Shown piece by piece: positions 1 to 8,332 of a DNA stretch of 64,000 nucleotides. This stretch comes from Anaerohalosphaeraceae bacterium. Lineage in GTDB: Bacteria; Planctomycetota; Phycisphaerae; Sedimentisphaerales; Anaerohalosphaeraceae. The position numbers and the translations under genes are program-made. The stretch's first letter is position 1. Each line of letters begins with the position of its first letter. The notes beneath the pieces are model-generated. The model had not been told where the DNA came from. It made no database searches and saw only the letters and a program-made list of their open reading frames with translations. The stretch lies in contig CAXXSL010000013.1 of assembly GCA_963675525.2 (NCBI GenBank), positions 384,001-448,000 on the forward strand. The letters are read 5' to 3'.

Positions 1-345
1 ATCATCGAAAGGAAGCCGTTCAGCCAGCGCATGCTGAAAATGACACCGCGCGGCCAGGTCTGTTTTATTTAGTCTTTTTTCGGCAACACGAATCATCTTG
101 CCCGCCGCGTCAATCCCTTCGATGTGCCCGGTCCCGTTCAGTTTTTCGGCGATCTGAAGCGTCATCACCCCGGTACCGCAACCCAGATCCAGGATGCGGT
201 CATTGGCTTTGAAATCCATATACCCGATAGCCTCAGCCCGTATACGGGCGGACCGGCCCAGGTAAGCAAGGTTCGTCACCGCATCATAGACACCGGCCGC
301 ATGGTCCAATGTCCGCCCTGCTGTTTGAAGTTTTTGGTCTTTCAT
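1..345 (-). CDS. Class I SAM-dependent methyltransferase (UbiE-like), runs off the window start
   Basis: Not in the ORF track. My translation from ATG at 345 gives MKDQKLQTAGRTLDHAAGVYD...ILDLGCGTG...IEGIDAAGKM...AERLPFDD (motifs I and II). The ATG overlaps the MMPL TGA (ATGA). Confidence 0.85.
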   Translation of the reverse strand, partial: MKDQKLQTAGRTLDHAAGVYDAVTNLAYLGRSARIRAEAIGYMDFKANDRILDLGCGTGVMTLQIAEKLNGTGHIEGIDAAGKMIRVAEKRLNKTDLAARCHFQHALAERLPFDD

Positions 346-2366
346 TGTGCTCTGACTCCTTCAAATAAATTCAACATTTGCGGCAGGATAAATAAAGAGA
401 TCAGCAGACAAAAACCCAAACCGGCCATTACGACAAGACCCAACTGCCGAAATCCCGGATTAGCGGAAAGCATCAGGCTGCCGAAACCAATCATGGATGT
501 CAAGGTCGTTCCGATGATCGGCGTAGCCACGCTGCGAAGTGCCTGATGCACATTTTTGTTTTCGATATACCAGCGACTTAACAGATGCACACCGTCATCA
601 ATGCCGGCGCCGATGATTAACGGCACAATGACAATGGTCATGATCGTAAAATCAATTTTCATGTATCCCATAAATCCGACCATCAGGAGAGTACCCAGAA
701 TGACCGGCAGCATCGCAAGAAATGTGCGGCTGACGGTCCTGAAACAGTAAAAAACAAAAGCACAAACAAACAGCACCGCCAGCAAACTGCAGTGCAGTAA
801 ATCGGCTTTAATCGTTTGATTGAGCGCAGCATTCAGAAACGGCGAACCGGTTACAAGATTTCCGTCTCCGGGAAACTGTTTTTCGCATTGCTCCACCACA
901 GATGCGATTCTTTTAAAAACAGCCGGCTTAAATGCATTGTCTTTAGGATAGGCCAGGATCAGATGCGTCCCGTCTTCCCCCACAAACCGGTCCGGGTCGT
1001 CATTTTGCTGCTGTGCCAACAGAAAACTTTCCATCAGGTCGAACGGTGATTCCGGCAAACTCTGCAGAAAGGCCAGCTTCGCCTCTTCCGTCTGCGTATC
1101 AGGACAGACAAATGCGATCGGAACCGGAGAAATCCCCCACTGGTCCTGAAGTTTGTTTTGGAGCGCATACGCCGGCAGTGTCTGCTCGGCCAGTTTGTTC
1201 TGATCGGAATTGAATTTAACACGCGCCGAACCCCATCCCCCCGCAACTAATATCAGAACTATTATCGTTATTAATCGTGACTTGGACGAAATGTTCACAA
1301 TACGATTAAACCGCTCACCCGGCAGTTGGCGTATGTTCGCAAGCGTTTTCACGGGAACGGCGGTAAGCAATATCGGCAGCAACCCGGTGGCGACGATAAA
1401 CGTACAGCCAATCCCGAATGCCCCCATCAAGCCCATCTGACGCAGCCCTTCGGAGCCGGCAAAACAAAGCGATAAAAATGCCGCCATCGTCGTTAATGCC
1501 CCAATCAGCAGCGGCTTGTAGATTTTTGAAAATACATACGTCAGAAACACCGTTCGGGTCTCCTGTTGCTGGCCGGACACAACCGAAGATAACTGAGCCG
1601 CTTTTTCATGAAATGCATAAATGGTATGTAAACTGAAATCCACCCCCAGCCCAAGCATAACTGCCGGAAGAGTTGCCGTCAGAAGATTCAACTGCCCCAT
1701 CGTCAATCGCACCAGTCCCAGCGTCCAGCACAATCCGATACACAACGTAACGGCCATCCAGACAACGACAACCCACGGGAGATTGAACACCAGCAGCAAC
1801 AGCACGAGGATTCCGACCAGTGTCACTAATCCGGCACGAAACATATCCCTGTTGGCCGCATCTGCCGACTCAATCAGTACCTGGTAACTGCCCGTTATCC
1901 CCACTGGAAAATCGAACTGTCCGGCAAGAGAACGAATCGCTTTACTCAAACGGCGGCTTTGTGAAAAAACCGTCGGCTTGAAAATCGGCTTGACCTGTAT
2001 CAGAACCGCCTTTGAAGTATCCGGCGTATTGCCCGACGAAGGGTTTTCTGTCGGTATCACCTGAACATGGGCAACATCTTTCAGGCTTTGCAGCCTTGCC
2101 GGGAATTGCTGAAGTGCCTGCTCGCTGACAGTCTCGTTACCGTCAATGAAAAGTACAAACGCATCGGTCCCCGTGAAATTTCCCAGCACTTGTTTGTAGG
2201 TCTTAACCGTTTTATCGGAGGGGTCAAGCAGCGCCGTAAAATCCGCATCGACCCCAAGCCCCCGAATACCCCAAAGGGATAAAACCGTAAGCACCGAGAT
2301 TATCACAAACACGGCTGCCTTATGAGCCGATAAGACAGCACAATACAAGCGCTCAAATCGTTTCAT
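342..2366 (-). CDS. MMPL/RND-family transporter
   Basis: Two repeats of TM + loop + 5 TM, with GLGVDFSLH and GAGIDDGVH motifs. Confidence 0.85.
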   Translation of the reverse strand: MKRFERLYCAVLSAHKAAVFVIISVLTVLSLWGIRGLGVDADFTALLDPSDKTVKTYKQVLGNFTGTDAFVLFIDGNETVSEQALQQFPARLQSLKDVAHVQVIPTENPSSGNTPDTSKAVLIQVKPIFKPTVFSQSRRLSKAIRSLAGQFDFPVGITGSYQVLIESADAANRDMFRAGLVTLVGILVLLLLVFNLPWVVVVWMAVTLCIGLCWTLGLVRLTMGQLNLLTATLPAVMLGLGVDFSLHTIYAFHEKAAQLSSVVSGQQQETRTVFLTYVFSKIYKPLLIGALTTMAAFLSLCFAGSEGLRQMGLMGAFGIGCTFIVATGLLPILLTAVPVKTLANIRQLPGERFNRIVNISSKSRLITIIVLILVAGGWGSARVKFNSDQNKLAEQTLPAYALQNKLQDQWGISPVPIAFVCPDTQTEEAKLAFLQSLPESPFDLMESFLLAQQQNDDPDRFVGEDGTHLILAYPKDNAFKPAVFKRIASVVEQCEKQFPGDGNLVTGSPFLNAALNQTIKADLLHCSLLAVLFVCAFVFYCFRTVSRTFLAMLPVILGTLLMVGFMGYMKIDFTIMTIVIVPLIIGAGIDDGVHLLSRWYIENKNVHQALRSVATPIIGTTLTSMIGFGSLMLSANPGFRQLGLVVMAGLGFCLLISLFILPQMLNLFEGVRAQ

Positions 2367-2461
2367 ATCATAGTTATCACAGTTGAAATCGTATTTAAAA
2401 ACCTCTTTATTCCTGACAATATCGAAGGTTACGGATTATCACTTCTCTTGTTCATTATACC

Positions 2462-2492
2462 CCGGAAAGCTCAGAATGTTCTGAGTCTTCCG
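2462..2492 (-). terminator. Hairpin after hcp, possible terminator
   Basis: CGGAAAGCTCAGAA-TG-TTCTGAGTCTTCCG near-palindrome just past the hcp stop; no clear U-tract. Confidence 0.35.
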
Positions 2493-2507
2493 AGGCAAAA
2501 AGTGTTG

Positions 2508-4149
2508 TTAACCGAGAATTTCCGCTAAATCTTCTTCGGGTGTCGAAATCGGCGCCAGTTTGAATTTTTCGACCAGCACATTCAGCACATTGGGACCGAT
2601 AAACGCCGGCAGCGAAGGCCCGATCTTGATGTTCTGAATACCCAGATGCAGCAGTGTCAGCAGAATGCACACGGCTTTCTGCTCATACCAGCTCAGTACC
2701 ATCGACAGCGGCAGGTCATTGACGCCGCAGTCAAAGGCATCGGCCAGCGCGACGGCAATTTGAACAGCCGAATAGGCATCGTTGCACTGTCCGATATCCA
2801 GCAGCCGGGGGATACCGCCGATATCGCCAAACGGAAGTTTGTTGAAGCGGTATTTGCCGCAGGCTAATGTCAGGATAACACAATCGTCCGGAACCTGCTG
2901 AGCAAAATCAGTATAATAGTTCCGCCCGGGTTTGGCACCATCACATCCGCCGATCAGGAAGAAGTGACGAATCTTGCCCGCCTTGACCGCATCGATCACA
3001 GTCCCCGCAACGCCCATCACGGCATTATGCCCGAAACCGATAGTAATGGTCTTTTCCTCAGTCATCCTCTGTGAAACCCGGCTGTGCCAATGCGGCTTTA
3101 ATCACCGGCGTAAAATCCTTATCCGCTCCAATGTGTTTTACATTCGGCCAGGCCACCAGACCGGTTGTAAAAATCCGGTCGTTATAACTGTCACGCGGTT
3201 TTTGAATGCAGTTCGTTGTCATCAGGATCGCACCCGGGAAGGCATCGAACTCTTTGGCCTGATCCTGCCACGCCCCACCATAGTTGCCGACAAGGTGTTT
3301 GTACTTTTTCAATTCCGGATAGGCCAGGCACGGCAGCATTTCACCGTGCGTATACACATTGATGCCTTTGCCTTCGGTTTGCTTGAGTAAATCCTCAAGG
3401 TCTTTCAGATCGTGGCCGGAAACAAGGATCGCCTTGCCTTTGACAGGCGTAACACGTACAACGGTCGGCTCGGGATGGCCGTACTTTCCGGTATTGGCCG
3501 TATCGAGCATTCCCATGACCGTCAAATTGACCTCGCCAACTTTCATCGCCATTGCGACCAGTGCATCCACATCGGTCGCCGCTTCGGTCGTCAGAAAATC
3601 CAGCGATTCATGGAAAAAGGCGTACACGTCATCGTCTTCGACACCCAAAACCCTCGCGTGGTCAGCATACGCGGCCGTTCCCTTGAGACCATACAGGATC
3701 AATTCCTGCAGACCGGCTACGTCGGGTCCGAGGTCTTCCAGCCGATTAGCAATGCTAAGCGACGCGGCCTGAGCAAGCATCGCTTCACGGTTTGCCGGTG
3801 CTGTCCAGGACGTGAATTGTTTGGGCTCAACGCCCTTTGCTTTACAGGTTTCGGCGCATAGTGATTTGGCCTGTTCCAGTATCACGGCGGCCTTAGCAAT
3901 CAGAGCCTCCAGGCGGACCGGATCAAAGTTGACATTGGTCACTGTCGAAAACAGGGCCTCAACGACAAACTGATCGATCTGCCGGTCTGACTTGCCTTGC
4001 TTTCCGGCACAATGGGCATATTGGGCGATCCCTTCGACGGCATGTACCAGTAAATCCTGCAAGTCCGCTGTTTCCGCCGTCTTGCCGCACACACCAATTT
4101 TCGCACACCCTTTACCCCCTGCTGTTTGTTCACATTGATAACAAAACAT
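2508..4149 (-). pseudogene. hcp: Hybrid cluster protein (hydroxylamine reductase), class 1, split into ORFs 3058..4149 and 2508..3065
   Basis: MFCYQCEQT..GC..GVCGK (CX2CX8CX5C), SGHD, HGE, TTNC in the first ORF; GGCDG, LACGK, GQCND, WYEQK in the second. 363+185 aa is about full Hcp length. One extra base near 3060-3065. Confidence 0.9.
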
Positions 4150-4192
4150 GATAAGTTCCTTTCCCGTAAAATCTGGTGTTCTATTCTTTAAT

Positions 4193-4250
4193 TTTTGGAA
4201 TTTTATATTTTGAATTTGTTTCGAATTTAGAAATTAGGATTTCGGATTTT
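4193..4250. repeat. Degenerate heptamer repeat tract (TTTGGAA/TTTCGAA/TTTCGGA type)
   Basis: tttggaattttatattttgaatttgtttcgaatttagaaattaggatttcggattt; supplies the cupin C-terminus NPKS and its stop. Confidence 0.6.
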
Positions 4251-4602
4251 CTTTTGCTCGTATCATCGTCAACAGCATTTTGAATTTCTTTTCGGCCGTA
4301 ACCGCATGCGGAATGTTCGCAGGCATAATGATGATCTGCCCGGCCCCGACTGTCTGGTCCTTGCCGTCAATGGTGATGACGCCCTCGCCGTCAACGACCT
4401 GCACCACCGCATCGAACGGCGCGGTGTGTTCGCTGAGTCGCTGGCCGGCGTCGAAGGCGAACAGGGTTAACGTTCCGACCGGTTTATCGAGAAGTGTTTT
4501 GCTGACGACGGAATCGGCCGCATAGTCGATCAGTTTTTCGAGAGCTGCTGCTTTGCCGAAACAGGCTTCCAGGTGATTTGTCTGTTTATCCATCTTATCC
4601 AT
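4234..4602 (-). CDS. Cupin domain protein
   Basis: LSEHTAPFDAVVQVVDGEG and MPANIPHAV cupin motifs; overlaps the rrf2 stop. Confidence 0.9.
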   Translation of the reverse strand: MDKMDKQTNHLEACFGKAAALEKLIDYAADSVVSKTLLDKPVGTLTLFAFDAGQRLSEHTAPFDAVVQVVDGEGVITIDGKDQTVGAGQIIIMPANIPHAVTAEKKFKMLLTMIRAKENPKS

Positions 4603-5017
4603 TTTCAGATTCTCCGCTAATAAATTCTTTTAACGTCAGTTCTTCTAAATACCCGACGATCTGATTTTGCAGGACCGCCATTCTCGGATGGGCCGGACAC
4701 TCTTTCTTTAACGGACATTTAAAATCGCCCAACAGGCAACGATTCACCGAAACCGGCCCCTGCACCGCCTCGATTAAATGGCGAAATTGGATTTTCTCAG
4801 GCTTTTTGGCCAGTTTCCAGCCGCCCTTCGGCCCCATGACGCTCTCAACAATGCCCGCATGGCTTAGTTTCTGCAAAATCTTGCAGGTCAACGCGTAGGA
4901 CACCTGTGCTTCGTTAGCCAGCAGTTTGGCCGAAAGCGCCGTTTGCTCGGCGTAAACGGCGGTAAGCTTAGCCGCAAGGCGAAACGCGTAATCTGTATCC
5001 CGACGAATTAAATCCAT
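4595..5017 (-). CDS. Rrf2-family transcriptional regulator with three Cys (likely Fe-S)
   Basis: TDYAFR, KILQKL..AGIVES.MGPKGGWKLAK, and C-X5-C-X5-C. Confidence 0.92.
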   Translation of the reverse strand: MDLIRRDTDYAFRLAAKLTAVYAEQTALSAKLLANEAQVSYALTCKILQKLSHAGIVESVMGPKGGWKLAKKPEKIQFRHLIEAVQGPVSVNRCLLGDFKCPLKKECPAHPRMAVLQNQIVGYLEELTLKEFISGESENG

Positions 5018-5036
5018 TTCTGTTTTACTTTCTCAG

Positions 5037-5666
5037 CTTGTCATTCCCGCGAACAACTTGTCATTCCCGCGAAGGCGGGAATCCATCGTTATAGACCGCT
5101 ATTTACTATGTAAGACTAATATAGTCCTACTCATCGGCAAAGTCAAGCGTTCATATTAATTTTTTCGAAAAATTCTTTGCCCCGCCCCGAACATAGTAGT
5201 GTCATCCCGGGCTTGACCCGGGATCCAGATATAAAACAGAAAAACTCCATCGTTGGCCCAAAAGGCCTATATACCTTAGCCCGGGGCAACGCCCCGGGGT
5301 GGAAAATGCAAAAATCTATAATCCGCCCTATAAGGGAAGTATACGATTCCACAAGCCCGTAGGGCTTGAATAATAATAGCCGCGGGTGAAGCGAAGCGAA
5401 ACCCGTGGAAAACGAATCCCCCAACCCGCCTCACGACCCTAACAGGGTCGAACAAATTCTTAAATCAAATATTCCACAAGCCCGCAGGGCGAAATGTTGT
5501 AGCCGCGGGCGTCAGCCCGTGGAAAAAAGAATCTCTCCCTCTCCCCAAGCCCCCGCAGGGGGCGACAGTCACTTAGCCGGGGGTGTAAACCCCCGGAAAA
5601 AGAATCAAAAACAAACACAGCCCCGACTTGTCCTCCGTAGCCTTGGCGAAGGAGGAAGGGGCGAAA
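5037..5666. repeat. Mosaic of REP-like palindromes from several families
   Basis: GTCATTCCCGCGAAGGCGGGAATCC with a partial tandem copy, GTCATCCCGGGCTTGACCCGGGATCC, four GCCC..GGGC / TAGCC..GG units, and CCTCCGTAGCCTTGGCGAAGGAGG. Confidence 0.85.
5110..5146 (-). promoter_or_regulatory. Sigma70 promoter of rrf2-cupin-hcp with an overlapping palindromic operator
   Basis: Minus strand TTGACT-17nt-TATATT; imperfect palindrome GTAAGACTA-ATA-TAGTCCTAC at 5110-5130 covers the -10. Confidence 0.7.
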
Positions 5667-5809
5667 GTAAAAAAAGGCTTTTCGACTGAGCAGGAAAGGT
5701 CAGTTTAGACGTCCCCTTAAGATTCCCCTTGATTCAAGACAGGCTCGGTAGGTATAATGAAGGTTTTGAAAAGGAGAGGAAAAATGATCACAATTTGGAG
5801 GCTGGAAGG

Positions 5810-7131
5810 GTGAAAAGCAATCCCGTATGGTTTCCGGAAATTCTCGCGGCGATCCTTTGCATCAGCGGCCCAATTTGGGCGGCCTGCCCCGGTGCCGACC
5901 TGAGCGGTGACTGCAAGGTAAACCTCGATGACTTTTCCATGATGGCCTCCGAATGGCTGACAACGTATGACCCAAACGACCTTTCTGATATGGCATTCCA
6001 GTGGCTCGATGACAGCGCTTTCGTAACAACCTGGGACACGAGGTACTTTCCTTTTGGTGGTAGTACAACGGTCACCTTGGCGCTGGCCGGTACTGTGGAT
6101 GCTACGATTGACTGGGGGGATGGCATGGTTGAAACCGTAACGACTCCCGGGCCTCATATGCACGACTACGACATTGATGGGATCTACACCGTTTCGGTCA
6201 CCGGCAGCGTGACGGCATACAACAGCTTAGACAACGGCGGTGCCTTTTCCGATCGCGCAAAGCTGGTAAGCGTCGATAACTGGGGGCAACTTGGCTGGAC
6301 CAGCATGTATGGTGCATTCTATGATTGTTCGGATCTTGTTTCAGTACCGCCTACTTCTGAGGGCATTGAAAGCGTTACCGACATGAGTTGGATGTTCTGC
6401 AATGCGTCTGCATTGAATAGCGATATCAGCGATTGGGATACTTCCAGCGTTACCAATATGGGTACATGTTCGACTCTGCGCTATTGTTCGACCAGGATAT
6501 TAGCGGTTGGGACACCTCCAGCGTGACCGATATGAACTATATGTTCTACAATGCGATCTCGTTTAATCAGGATATCGGCGAATGGAATACCTCCAGCGTT
6601 ACCGATATGGGTCATATGTTCGAGCATGCGCGGGTGTTTAATCAGGACATTGGCGACTGGGATACCTCCAGTGTTACCAATATGTACGGGATGTTCTACA
6701 ATGCGCACTTGTTTAACAGAAATATTAGTAGCTGGGACACCTCCAGTGTTACCAGTATGCACTTGATGTTCAGCCTTGCGGTAGCGTTTAACGGTAACGT
6801 CGGCGCATGGAATACCTCTAATGTTACCGATATGGGCGGGATGTTCTACTTTGCGTCGTCGTTCAACCAGTACATCGGCGATTGGGACACCCCCAGCGTT
6901 ACCGACATGGGCTATATGTTCGGCGGGGCGGAGTTGTTCAATCAGGACATTAGCGACTGGGATACCTCCAACGTCGCCAACATGGTCGTTATGTTCGGCG
7001 GTGCGGAGTTGTTCAACCAGGATTTATCTGGATGGTGTGTTTCACTTATTCCTTTTAAACCCAACAGTTTCGATAACGGTGCCACCAGTTGGACACTCCC
7101 GCAACCGGTCTGGGGAAACTGCCCGCCGTAA
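5810..7131 (+). pseudogene. Secreted BspA-like/DUF285 repeat surface protein with a dockerin/EF-hand-like motif and a PKD-like segment; frameshift near 6461
   Basis: GTG at 5810 with GGAGG upstream; signal peptide; ADLSGDCKVNLDDF; TIDWGDG; about 9 copies of [23 protein letters not shown] across ORFs 5729..6526 and 6433..7131. Confidence 0.85.
6375..7040 (+). repeat. 75-bp (25-aa) tandem DUF285 repeats
   Basis: Recurring tgggayacctccagygttaccratatg at 75-nt spacing. Confidence 0.85.
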
Positions 7132-7196
7132 TAAAAAGCCTCCTGACTTATTCAGGATACACCGCTTACCAAAAGTATCATATTGAATAAAAAAAA

Positions 7197-7722
7197 CTTC
7201 GTGTTTCTTCGTGCCGCTTCGTGGTGAAATTGGATTTTAGCGTCTGGGATTTGGAATTTAATTTTTGGCGAAAAGTTAAAAATTTATTTGACATTTATCT
7301 AACTTATGGGATAATACATAAAAATCGAATATAGGATATTTTGACAATTAAATCAGAGTGCGAACGTCCCCGTCGCCCGGCTAAAAAAAAGCCAACCCAA
7401 GCTGTTATTCCGGCCCCCGAGCCGGGATCCAGAATTGAAACAGCCATCCCGACTCGTCGGGATTTCACAATTCAACATTAAAAATTCAAAATTCAAAATT
7501 ACCCCCGTATTCCTTCTTTTAAAAATCGGTGAAATCTGTGTAATCCGTGGTTTCAAACTGGCACAAAATGGCGCCGTTTTGGCAAACTTTGGCGCATTTG
7601 TGGCACACTTTGGCGCATCTTTGGACACGTTTGGTATCAGTAATATACCAAAAAAACGCGTTTTCAACCCTAAAAACACTATAAAAGCCAATTTCTCTGT
7701 GTTCTCTGTGCCCTCTGTGGCT
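7197..7722. repeat. Second intergenic repeat patchwork (10-mer, 9-mer and 7-mer triplets, palindromes, 21-bp tandem)
   Basis: CTTCGTG x3 (7197/7207/7217), AATCnGTG x3 (7524/7533/7542), CTCTGTG x3 (7695/7704/7713), AATTCAA tract 7469-7500, ATCCCGACTCGTCGGGAT, and 21-bp units at 7559-7634. Confidence 0.8.
7288..7315 (+). promoter_or_regulatory. Orphan sigma70-like promoter
   Basis: TTGACA-16nt-GATAAT with TG extension and AT-rich upstream; no convincing gene follows on this strand. Confidence 0.5.
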
Positions 7723-8155
7723 ATTTTCCCAGGTTCCCCGGCATCCCCGCAACAAATTCCCGTATCTCATCCCGCACCCGGCGAAACTGGGCCATGATTT
7801 CTTCGTCCGTGCCGATCACAAAAGAAGGGTCTTCGAATTGATGATGAATCATTTTGGTACTTTTCGGATACAGCGGACAGTGTTCTCTCGCATTGTCACA
7901 GACCGTGATGACATAATCAAAATCCAGCATTGCATAGTCGTCCAGATGGTTGGAGGTATGCTCGGAAATATCCACCCCCGCCTCGGACATGACCGCAATC
8001 GCGCGTTCGCTGACCCTGTGCGGATCGACGCCCGCACTGAAGGCCTCGATACAGTCGGACTTGAGGTGCCGAGCCCAGCCTTCGGCCATCTGGCTCCGGC
8101 AGGAGTTGCCCGTACACAGGAACAGAATATTCAGCTTTTCTTTTTTCGGGTCCAT
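7721..8155 (-). CDS. arsC: Arsenate reductase ArsC, thioredoxin-type (LMW-PTP family)
   Basis: FLCTGNSCRSQMAEG, TVCDNAREHCP, FEDP; start moved to MDPKK. Confidence 0.88.
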   Translation of the reverse strand: MDPKKEKLNILFLCTGNSCRSQMAEGWARHLKSDCIEAFSAGVDPHRVSERAIAVMSEAGVDISEHTSNHLDDYAMLDFDYVITVCDNAREHCPLYPKSTKMIHHQFEDPSFVIGTDEEIMAQFRRVRDEIREFVAGMPGNLGK

Positions 8156-8332
8156 GGCTTCCATTTTACCCCAAACCCGGGCCACAAACAAGCCTGCTAT
8201 GGTTAGAAATGTGTTAACGGAGAATAAACTGGGGATTTGAAAACCGATTCTTGCCACAGGCCGATAGAGGCGTTAAAATAACGCCAATAAATACGACTGG
8301 AAATGTTCACTACAATTTTAGGGAATCGCAAC

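Noticed and set aside
3030..3065. Selenocysteine or stop readthrough in hcp
   Set aside because: The frame after TGA is not Hcp-like and soon stops; the continuation is in another frame
5255..5666. CRISPR array
   Set aside because: Units differ in sequence and length, match the transposase flanks, and no cas genes are present
5143..5689. ORFs 5143..5424, 5177..5362 and 5405..5689
   Set aside because: They are translations of REP palindromes
6375..7040. Diversity-generating retroelement target
   Set aside because: No reverse transcriptase or template repeat in the window, and the variation is not adenine-specific
7353..7797. ORFs 7353..7691, 7435..7797 and 7519..7770
   Set aside because: Built from short periodic repeats, with no recognisable domain
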